This document shows, in pieces, positions 53,291 to 64,000 of a stretch of DNA of 64,000 nt. This stretch comes from Tubulanus polymorphus. Taxonomy: Eukaryota; Animalia; Nemertea. The position numbers and the translations under genes were made by a program. The DNA lies in the NCBI RefSeq assembly GCF_964204645.1, contig NC_134025.1:16095101-16159100 (forward strand), written 5' to 3'. Below the pieces are notes generated by a model. It did no database searches. It was not told the DNA's origin and worked only from the letters and a program-made list of their open reading frames with translations. Positions within the stretch are counted from its first letter, which is position 1, and the number at the start of each line of letters is the position of its first letter.

Positions 53291-54931
53291 TTTGTCGGAA
53301 CATTAAGTTTTTTGGTCGAACAGTGTGTTAAGGTCGTTTTGGAAATTTACTCGGTCTGGTATATTTTGGATTACTGTGTATGTCATTTGTCAGGACATTA
53401 AACAGAAGACGACTTAGGATACTACCTTGCGTGACTCCACTAGTTAGACCGTCTCATTCCAAGATGAGGCGTTCCGTTGATTTTGGTTACAAGTTTCCGT
53501 TCAGAGATAACTGCTGAGCCATTTGGGCGACCTATCATTGATACTGTTTCCTAATAGCCTGTTTAGTAATGGCTGATGTTGAGCCTTATCAAATGCTTTG
53601 TTGAAATCCACCGTTGAACAGGATTCTAAGACTGTGCAGGAAACCCGTTATCGCTGCTTTGCAGCTATATTTATTTTTTATTTTCCCTTTTCCACACAGT
53701 TTTTGTTAAAAGTGTAAAGGCTTCCTTACCTTACCGCTGTCGCCGATACAATCCGCATGATATCCTTCAGCTCACTTCAATCTCCAGATACTGCATGGGA
53801 ATGTTGATAAATCCACGTTATAAAGGCACTGTCGAGCCGTAAACATCGGAAATTTGGCTCCGTTCAATTAGTAGCCATGTTGTGTTTTCTTTCAGAAATT
53901 TCTCTCTTCTTTTCGAGGAAGAGCTATCGAATAATTCCCTCTCTTCTCCACAATCAATTTCAAAGTCAATTTTATGAATTTATTGCTCAGCAGGTCCGAG
54001 TCCGAGAGTTTACGAGTCCGGCGTTCGCGTGTCTGACAGGTTTACGCGAATTTGTTTGTTACCTCATTTTTGATTTCTTGTTATTCCGGTTATTTCAATT
54101 AAGTATATTGATGATCAGTTCATGTAACCAAAAGCGTCAATAAACAGATTTTGAATTGATCAAGTTTAAATCAAGGTCGTTGAGTCGCGGAGGGTTACTA
54201 GAATTACGTTCGACTCAGAGAGAAAACAAACGACAGAAAAGTATCAGGTGATTATCGGTAGCCTACTACGGTACACACAGTTGACAAACAGTGTTAGGCC
54301 TGTGCCGGTTGGTGCGTACTGGGAATAAATATACTGGTTGGTCAGTTGGTTCGGTTGTGAAGTGTGGAAGCTAAGAAAGCCTACCGCGCACCGGTATTTA
54401 TTTGTCTATATAGGCCCATTTTATAGTACCCAATAGCATTTTAAGTACGTAGTTGTTACCTGTACGTGACTGTACGGTGATCTCCAAAGGTTAACCGTAC
54501 GGGAGTTCCCGACTAACGCCGTACGTGAGTTCCTGTAATCTGCAAACATGCGTGCGTAAAAAGAACAGAGTTTGTGTTAGGTGAGGCTAGGCTATTTGTT
54601 AATCAAATTTCATCTAACCTGCAGTTACGTTCTGTGGCACAGTGGGTAAATCACTGGACTACTACTGGATTTTTTTTTTCGTTTGGTTTCGAATCCCAAT
54701 ATTGCATGTCTGAGCGTCAACGTACTCACATATGGCTAACCTGTAGTAATCGCCGTACAGTCACATACAGGTAACAACAATGTTTTAAGTATTAAGTGAG
54801 TGCGACAAGCCTACCATGCCTATGTGCTACAAACACAACTTTTTCCCCTCTCGTCGGCCCTACAGTGATGTTTGGTCAGGACTAGCCTAAACTCTAATTC
54901 AGTCTATGTACTAATTCACTCGATAGGCCTA

Positions 54932-56036
54932 TTTTTAGCCCACTTGGGACTTTAGTCCCAACGGGCTATTGCGTTCACTTTTCGTCCGTCGTCCGTCCGT
55001 CTGTAGACGGAATCCAGTTATTTTGGGAAGTTTTGAAGACGCTTCAATGTAATGTCTTGATATTTGGGTTACACATGTATCTACCCTAGACACATCTTCA
55101 GCCCAAAAACTGGCCCTGTCAGAATCTAGACGGCCGACTGGCAGCCATTGTTTTTCGCCAAAATCAACACTTTTAACACATTTTTGAACCTTTTGAGGAA
55201 AATTTTGAAGACGCTTTGATCAATTACCTTGATCTTTTGGATGTATGTGAATCCCCCCAGGGCCCATCAGCATAACAAAAATTGGGTCGATCGGACTCAA
55301 GATGACCGTCCTATGACCTTTTTAGTGCCCAAAATTGTCAATTTTGGCCCGAATTCGGAGTGCTGTAGCTCCCTACTGGTTCGCCATTTCTCATTGCAAT
55401 TTGTGATGGGTATTCTTTGAAAAGGGATGTGTTATACCTGAGACAGGTATTTTTGATCAGCCAATTATGACGCAATTGGCGGCCATCATAAGCACTCATT
55501 CGTAGGTGGGAAAAGTCTTTCCGCATTATATTGTTGATATTTAAGCATATTTTCTTACCACAATCAATTGGAAAGTTGAAGCTCATGACATGGTTTATGA
55601 TTGCGGTGAGTTTGAAGGTCATTGGTTTTTGTATATGGCCACCAGGGGGCGTTGAATATTACAATATCTTAGTATTTCTATATCATATTCGTATCAATGC
55701 ATATTTTCTAACCACAATCAATTGCAAAGTTGTAGCTCATGACATGATCTATGATTGTGGCAATTTTTAAGGCCAATAGTTATTCTATATGGTCACCAGG
55801 GGGCGTTGAATAGTAGAATAACTTAGTATTTCCTTATTATATTAGTACCTAGGCATATTTTGTTACCATGATCAATTACAAAGTTATAGTTCATGACATG
55901 TTCTATGATTGTGGTGAGTTTCAAGGTCAGTGGGTTTTGAATATGGTCACCAGGGGGCGTTGAATTTTGAAATTGTTAGATTGTTGAGCATTCAGAACCA
56001 CTTCCCAAGTGGGCATGGTGTCCCTGGACCCCAGTT
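54932..56036. mobile_element. Second, inverted copy of the 154-bp-repeat HINE-like element (3 motif units)
   Basis: Reverse complement of 36800-38073 with one repeat unit fewer. Confidence 0.8.
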
Positions 56037-56245
56037 AAAACAATACAGTGAAGCATTCACACGCAGAAAGGCCAATTGATTTGAGCCATGTGATTAAATT
56101 TGGCCAGGCCTTCTCTGACCTGCTGACATTAATAGTCAAACCTAGATCCAAAACGTCCATATGGTCACCGCTTGTACACCAGAAATCATTGTAGGCCTGT
56201 ACATTTTGCTGTTCGGTATACCGATTTCTCCATTCTTGACTGATA

Positions 56246-56847
56246 CCGTAAAAACCGGCGTATAAGTCGAGTTTTTATCCCTTGATATTACCACTAAATT
56301 ATTGACCTCGACTTATACGCCGAGTACAGTTTTCTACTAAGTATTTTCAGGTCACAAGAAATATTGATTCCACCAGATAAAAAAGACAGTGTTCATCTTC
56401 TCACTGCTATACAGTTTCAATAATTATTCATGATAAATAAAGCTATTTAATGAAAAAAACTTCTTTCATTTTGACACAGCTTCATTTAAAACGATGTATT
56501 CATATATGCACGCTCATAGCAGCGCTTAATACATTAGGCTATATATAGGCTATATATAGAGTGTGACTCACACTACTGTATCACTGTATGGTAGTGTATT
56601 ATACCCGAGTGTGTGTGTAACAGTCTATTGATTAACACACAGCAGCAATCAGGCTGACCCGCGGCGGCATGCGTGAAGGCACACATCGTTATCAAAACAA
56701 ACTATTCAATATAATGATACAAGTAATTATTCTTCTAAGAGAAGGGACTCGACTAATAAGCCGGATATATGTTAAAATCATGAAATGTAGGTCTAAAAAT
56801 CGACCTCGACTTATACGCCGCGTAGACTTATACGCCGGTTTTTACGG
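56246..56847. mobile_element. Tc1/mariner-type MITE with TA flanks
   Basis: TA|CCGTAAAAACCGGCGTATAAGTC ... GACTTATACGCCGGTTTTTACGG|TA, with internal repeats of GACCTCGACTTATACGCC. Confidence 0.85.
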
Positions 56848-59489
56848 TAAGTGTACGGTACAGCTGTATGCATTATACAATTGTTCCAATGGGAATAGGG
56901 CCAATTGATTGGGCTTATTATTTCCTGCTTTAGAATACTGAAATAAGCCTAACGTTCATTCAAATATCCAACATCGGTGAAATTTTGATTACTGTATACA
57001 TGTAGGTTTTTCATGTTGTATGAATATTTTGCAGTTCAAATGAGTATGATGCTGATTCCAATGTCAAACGCATGAAGTTAGATGGACAGTCAACACCAAG
57101 ATATCTCTCTTCGACCGATGTTGCACCATAGAAGATCTGATTCTTTCAACTCAAGCAAAGTGATTCAACACGATCGACATAACACTGGAATAGGTTTGCA
57201 GTAACTAAACGGTTCATTTCATTTAGTCCTATGTACTTTTTTAGCCAATTTGAATATTATTGTAATTGAAACTCTGGAACTGTTAACAAAAGACAAGGTA
57301 AAAAAACACAAGTTATGCCTTATTCTCATGTTCCAATTTAATTCAAATTCAAATTTATTTTATTACATCATATTAACAAAGCATATCATTGGTTCATACA
57401 GTAATAAAAATTAGGAAAGAACAAATATTATTACAGAATTTTAAAGAAGGCAATGAATTTCTATAACTAAATGAACATTATTTTTCTAATAACTCAGAAC
57501 AAGAGTGACTCTCCCGTTTATTAGGAAACACACGCAACTAGTGGAATAGGTTTGATTTACACACATGTTGCAGGTATCAATTGTTTATCACTATAGAATT
57601 TGTAATCCATAAAAGCCAAAATCAACATCAGCCGGAAAATGTACATGTATTTATTCAAATATTTCAATAAAAACATAAACTTCTTCAATCTATTCTAAAT
57701 CATAATACATTCTTATCTGTAAATTCACTCAATCTATCGACTCAGCAGGTGCGAGATGAGTTCTTAATAGGACAGATCCATTTTTAGCATGGTGATAATA
57801 CAGTATCATGATGTTTGAATGCCAAAATAAATGCCTGGTCAAATAGATTAATATTTGTTGATTGTAAGTCTGCGTATGTTCGGTTTCAAAGCTGAATCAT
57901 ATTTGACGTTTACACAGTGGTAGCATATTAGGTTCGAATCTGTCAATGCATTTTATTCTATGTATCGATATTTCAATTTACTACAATTCCGATCTTTCTG
58001 AATGGCTTTGCAGAAAACCCGTCATCGCTGCTTGGCAGCTATATTTTATAAATACATTATTTTCCATATTAAAATATATTTTTCAGCAAGAAATGTATTT
58101 CATGATCAAAATGTATTTTTCAAAATATATTTCATGATCAGAAAATATATTCTTCATCAAATGAAAATATATTTTAGATTGAAAAATGTATTTATGTACA
58201 AATGTTTTTTTTTAAATATATTTTCAAAATACGCATTTATCAAAATATATTTTTCACATCGGCATTTTTAAAAAATACATTTTGTCAAAAAAGGTAATTT
58301 AGAAATTAAAACATTTCCAAAACTTGATTGAAAGACACTTTCAGAGCAGATAGTTGCGTATTTTAAGTGGTTCTATGAGATTTTATTTAATACTACCGAG
58401 CAAAAACCAGTGCGACCATTCATTCAACGATCGAAAGTTTAATATAGAGTTTGTATTTTTATTCGTCTAAATTAATTTTTAAAAAGTTATTATAACTTTT
58501 AGCTGTTAATGTTGACTTTAAAACTGCTGAATATTCCTGAACAAGTTTGAAAAAAAATATCAGTTTTTTAGGGGGATTCGAACCCTATACGACGGCTGCA
58601 AAGGACTTTGATGGAGCATGCAGGCAGTACGGCGCCATTTGCAATTATTTTCAGCGAATTCATTGCCGTTTTTAAACATTTTTCATGGTTAATCTCTTAG
58701 CTGGGACAGTCTGTTGTTTAAGATTCAATTCATAGTCGACGTTATGTTAATTAAGTACTGTATTCGGTACAACGTATGTGCGGCGTACACCAAATCAATT
58801 AAATCTAATCAAATGCAAAACTTTATTTCATGATTGATGCAATTGCAAAGTACAGCATGCCTAGCTTATAAGCTCAAGAAATAAGTAGGTGTAGATTGTA
58901 CGATAAGCATGAGAGAAGGCCTAGGCCTAGATAGATTATACACCTGAACGCCATAATGATAGTGACTGGCAATAACTTGATTCTCAGTCTGGCTCATAGC
59001 ATTTTGGCTCAGTAGCATTTTTTGAACCGGTTCAGATTTGGCCCGAGCCAATTGTTCAAACTGAATCCAAATCGGTCTGCGCCTGCTTGCCCCGGGCCAA
59101 ATTTGGACCATGCACTGGGTTTATAAGATTATTCTATTTAAATGCTAACTGATTGTGTGTGACTCACACAATTCAATCCTGTTAATGAGTGAGTAATTTT
59201 AGCGCTATCCTAATTAGCATCAGTCAAATTTTACTTGGGTTTGGTCCAGGCCAGAATTATCCCCGCCCAAATCGTCTCATCACGACTGCAGCTATAGATT
59301 TGCTCATCATTTTCAGATCAATATCCGAACTGACTGCATTTTCAATTGACTTGGCAAATGGAAGACATAAATAAGTTTTTTTGGCATAAAATCACTGGAA
59401 CCCATGTTCTAAGTGAAGGGTGACAGCGCTGAATCAACACCACGTGAAAGCCATTGGAGATAATCATTCTCAGTACAAATAATCTCATT

Positions 59490-62195
59490 TTGATAAGGTA
59501 CAACATCAGCCATTACTTAACAGGCTATTAGGAAACAGTATCAATGAAACGTCGCTCAAATAGGTCAGAATCTCTGAACGAAAAGATGTGACTCAACAGA
59601 CTCCATGAAACCAACGGAACGCCTCATCTTGGAATAAGTGGGTCTAACTAGTGGAGTCACGCAAGGTAGTATCCTAAGTAGTCTTCTCTTTAATGTCCTG
59701 ATGAATGACATACATAGTAATCCAAAATGTACCAGACCGAGTAAATTTCCATAATGACCTTAACACGCTGTGTTCCGTACATGGCCAGAAACATGGAAGG
59801 TGGGCTTCAACCTAAAAGGCATGATATGGATATTGGATGCAAAGAAAACCCTGGTTCCGATTATACCATAGTGTTCGAATTAGAAAGATTATTTTTTTCG
59901 AATAAAGATTGCTCAATATAATGAAAAGACTATTTATTTTCCTCTTTGGAACGAAAATTGCTTCGATGAAACAATATATCTGTTCGAACAAAAAGAAACT
60001 TAATGTTCTAAAATCTTGTTCGAATGAAACAATTCTGTTTGATCTAACAATACGCTTTTTGTTCAAACGAAAACTTTTCTTCGTTCCGACAAAAAAATTG
60101 TCATTGTTGAAATAAAAAACTTTTTATCCCAGCAAAAAGTATTTTTCGACAAAAAACTTTTTACAATATACTTGTTCCAACGAAAAACCTTTCGTTTGGA
60201 CAAAAAAATTTGTTTGAAGGAACACAACTTTGTTCAAATGATTTTTTCAAATTGGTTCAATCGAACAGAATGTTATTGGTTCTAACGAAAGAATTTTTCT
60301 TCCGACGAAAAATTTTCGAGCGAAAGGTCTTTTGAACAAAAAAAGGATCTTTCTGGGGCTCCGCAGTAACTTAAAGCCGGACGTAGGTCAGCCTTGCAAC
60401 ACGATCCTCACAACATTGCGTCGCAAGTGTGGGCGCAAGTCGGTTGCAACACGATTGTCAGCAACTGTGTACAACTAGTTTCTGCCAGTCGCAAGAGCGC
60501 CTAGGTCAGTTGCGACAGTCGTGTCGTGTCGCCGAAAGTAGAACATTACGACTCCTTGTGACTGGTGTCGCAGCTTGTCGCTGGCAGTCGCAAGGGAGCA
60601 AGGGTCGATGAGTGGTTGCGATGCAATCTTCATTGACGGTTGCAGTGAATGGCGTTGCAGTGAGTTGCAAGCCATCGCAAGGCCAACCTACGCCCAGCTT
60701 GAGTCATTAGGAATTAAAGAAATACCAGTTTCATTTATGATGGAAAAACTCAAATTAAAAGTCTGGCTTACCACGGTATACAAAATTTTCAAAAAAATCT
60801 TCATTTCTGCCAATAAAATTGATAATTGTGATTGATCGTTGCAAGTCAGAACCAGTTAATCACTAATCAACATGCATTTTAATAAATCTGATTCCTCCTT
60901 TACAGTGAACTTAGCTTTAACCTAGTAGAGGCTACTAGCCTATGTAGGCCTATGTATATGCGTTGGCCTAACATCCGGACAGATTGTTTGTAGGCCTATT
61001 GAATTAGAACCCTCCTAAACATCGTGAACACCTTATTTAATACGGATAGGTCTCTGGGGTATTGAATTCGTAAAATCAATTTCATTTTCGGATTATGAAG
61101 AAAGAAATCTTTTTGTACATCGTAGCAATGTTGCCGGAATTTTATTCCAAATTTTTTGGAGTTCAATCCATTGAGTCCGTTAATAAACGCAACAATTATA
61201 GTGTGCTTGTTTGAGACAGTAAATCTCAGTACCAGTAGGCCTAAAGCCTCAAGGTCGGGTACAACTCGATAAACAATTCAAGTGACACAGCGAACGATCT
61301 CCTTTCCCCCATGGCGAACGCTTACTCCGAATGTCAAGTGTGAGTCCAGCATACGGATAGGAGTGTGTTCCATACTTGTATTTAGTGAATACCTTGTGCA
61401 TTTGCCAAAGATCGGTATGTACTATAGGAAATATAGAGCATTGATAAATGGTTGAAGCCTGTGACCAAATAAAGTAATATACTCTTCTATTTTGATACCT
61501 CGTCGACACAACAGCTTTTCTCCGCTACATCTTTTCGGCGTGTTTAGTTTAGGTCTAGAACTCCCCGGTACTCTAATGATTTATCTTAGTTAATAGACGG
61601 TAAATTTGGTAAGAAAAATAGGTATTGTTAAACTAACTGCTTGAAGCCCGCGGCCAAATCACTGGTAGTAATAAATTTAATGTATTTGATTTGATTCTTA
61701 TGATGAGGAGAAACTCGCAGCTGATCCCCAGAACGACGATGTAGAGATCACATGTCGATTTGTCGATGTTTACGGCTTGACAGTGCTTTTAAAATCCTAA
61801 GTAGTAAATTTCCTGTGTATCGGTAGTATGATTTGATGAGGAAAATGGGCAATTGTTAAAATTAGTTTTTAAAGACCGCGGCTGAATGTGCAATCTTTGG
61901 GTAATAAATTTGATAATCGACGCGACAAGAAAGTGCGGTAGATTTCGGAAAGACGACTTAGAAAAACATGTCGACTCTTTGAATGGGGCTCAATTTTTTC
62001 GATGTTTATTGCCCGACAGTGCTTTTGTAACGTTGATTCTTCAAAACACGCATGGAGTATTTGTAGATTGAAGTGAGCTAAATGATATCAGACATATTGT
62101 ATCAGCAACAGCTGTAATATAAAAAAGCCTATGTAAAAAGCCAATGATAATAATAATAATAAATATAGCTGCAAAACATCGATAACAGGTTTCTG
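59490..62195 (-). mobile_element. Inverted copy of the composite HINE-like element
   Basis: Reverse-complement similarity to 47970-48990 and 50450-51480. An inverted family tail (AATATAGCTGCAAAACATCGATAAC) lies at ~62160. Contains a small TIR element at ~60374-60700. Confidence 0.7.
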
Positions 62196-63748
62196 CCGTT
62201 CTGGATTGAATTTCGTACAATGATTTTGTCAAATCCAGTTATACAGAACGGACAGCTTTTCTTAAGGAGTGCCACCTAGGAGCTAACTGATATACATGAT
62301 ATGCAGGGCTAATTTATTTAAATGTACTGATGAACCAACTTTTGGGGAAAAAGCCTCGATTACAACGAAGATATCGATGAAATTGCGTTTCCAGTGATTT
62401 ATGATGGTGCTACTGGAAAACCAAACCATGGAGTCTGACAGGGCTGGTTTTTGGGCTGAAGATGTGTCTAGGGTACACACATGTGTAACCCAAAATGGGA
62501 ATCGGAATGGTTTTATTGTAGACACGGACCAAGTTACTGTAAGCTTTTGGATAGTTGTTATTTGAAAATTGCAGTGTCTTAACGGAATCAATCATCATGT
62601 TGATAATTGCTAGATTACTTATCGGATTGTGTGGAAATGATTTTGCATAGAAAAATTTACAGCTGAAACGTGACTAACTCGAGTGACTTCAGATGAAGAG
62701 AAGCGAACACGAAAATAAATAAGAGCCACGATTTTTCTTTTTAAAATAATAAAGTCATTAAGCAAGATTAAAGGGTAACTGACACTTTTTTAATTTCAAA
62801 ATATGATGTAATCTATTGATCCATACACTCATCTTCAACCGTTCTGTTCCAAAATGTTTAGTTTACGTGCAATTTGTGATTTTGTAACTAGATTTTTGAA
62901 CTCATTTCATTGTTCGCTTACTGTTCAGCGTCGACTAAATCAGCAGGTGCGCGCTGCAACGTCATTAAAGGCAGAACTGAGAAATAGCGTCTATAGAAAC
63001 GCGTTGAATTTTGAGGAAACTGCGTGTATTTTCTGTTATATCTCAATGCCAGATTGTTTTACAGCTTTGTAACTGGCCAGGGAGGTAAAAGGATCTATTG
63101 TCTATTGCATAAACCTATTTCAAAGAATCAATGAGTAACATGAATAGGCTAAATCGATCAAATTGAAGATGCAGATTTCAATCCGCTGCTATGAAGCTAT
63201 TAAAGTACACTATGCTAAGCTCTCAGCACTGTTACTGCTGCTCCATAGTTGACCTTTAGTTCAGCACCACAAGCATACTATACAGTGTCTTATAAGGGTG
63301 TATCACCAAGAATCTAAAAGTAACTGTGTTCGTGCCTTGTAGATTCCGGTTCCAAATACATGTTCTGTGTGTCTTCCAGAGATCCACAAGATTTCTCCAA
63401 ATCAATTTGAGATCTTTCAATACCAATTAACAAATTCACTCCGCAATGTAATACATTGGAATATATGCGCTGTATATGCGCAACAGCAGTGGGAAGGCGT
63501 ACCACTCGGTATCCGGGTTATACATGTTTGCGAGCGAGTCTATAAAAAGCACTTAGGCACCCATTGTATATTTTACCTCCCGCCAATAAAATTGCTCGCA
63601 GGTCATGTGTTGATTTTTTCTTTGAGAAAGACATCGACCTACATAATCAACTAAAAGCTTTTTTGGATATATCTAACAAATAATCAAATATGTTAATTTT
63701 CTTTTAAGCAGCACAATCATTTTCATTTTAATAAATGTCAACACTTAC

Positions 63749-64000
63749 ATGATACTCCATACAATGTAATTTATATCAAACATGATTGGAGATATCTTCC
63801 TGAAGATATTCATGCCCCGCTTTGTTGCTTGTGAATTAGCACTTAATCTGAAAAGTACTGCAAGTGCTGAAACGGTAGCAGTCACTCCTTTAAACAGGTA
63901 AACATTCGTCCACGTAATGCCGAAGTGAATATACCACATAGCATTAAAAGCAAATGCTATGCACGAAAACACAAAGTCCATGAGTTCAATCCAATTTTCT
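63749..64000 (-). CDS. Possible host exon (or pseudo-exon) of a multi-pass membrane protein, ion-transport-like
   Basis: Open frame from the window end: ENWIELMDFVF...LAVLFRLSANSQATKR..IFRKISPIMFDI..IVWSI. It ends at a consensus donor GTAAGT at 63748. Confidence 0.35.

Larger units (their letters stand above)
47756..53675 (+). mobile_element. Head-to-tail tandem array of composite HINE-like elements (same family as 522-1966)
   Basis: Three stacked heads at 47756-47910. Unit 1 runs to the tail at ~51552 and is immediately followed by a new head at ~51557. Unit 2 runs to the tail at ~53670. The units share 48000-49150 ~ 51700-52650 and 51180-51550 ~ 53300-53670. Confidence 0.75.

Noticed and set aside
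54632-54700. tRNA gene
   Set aside because: A/B-box-like motifs only, with a poly-T interruption and no cloverleaf. At best a decayed SINE head.

Overview
AT-rich eukaryotic (probably marine invertebrate) intergenic DNA made almost entirely of nested, mostly decayed transposable elements. No intact host gene is evident. The centrepiece is a structurally complete DIRS1-type tyrosine-recombinase retrotransposon (13607-23320, minus strand). It has inverted terminal repeats, an internal complementary region (ICR), gag, RT/RNaseH, an adenine-methyltransferase-like domain and a tyrosine recombinase (YR). It is inserted into a CR1/L2-like LINE, carries a 1238-bp internal tandem amplification of the gag/RT junction and a foreign 1.1-kb insertion, and has a perfect U1-snRNA-complementary 12-mer in its 3' terminus and ICR. 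Other elements are a TTAA-flanked piggyBac, an internally deleted Gypsy element with a tRNA-Leu PBS, decayed BEL/Pao, Gypsy-integrase and LINE relics, several MITEs, and at least two Helentron/HINE-like families. One of these forms stacked hairpin heads and head-to-tail arrays; the other carries 154-bp repeats with CTCF-like motifs. Two possible host pseudo-exon regions (a secreted cysteine-rich protein and an ion-channel-like protein) are flagged at low confidence. Coordinates were read by eye and may be off by a few bases. No database searches were run.
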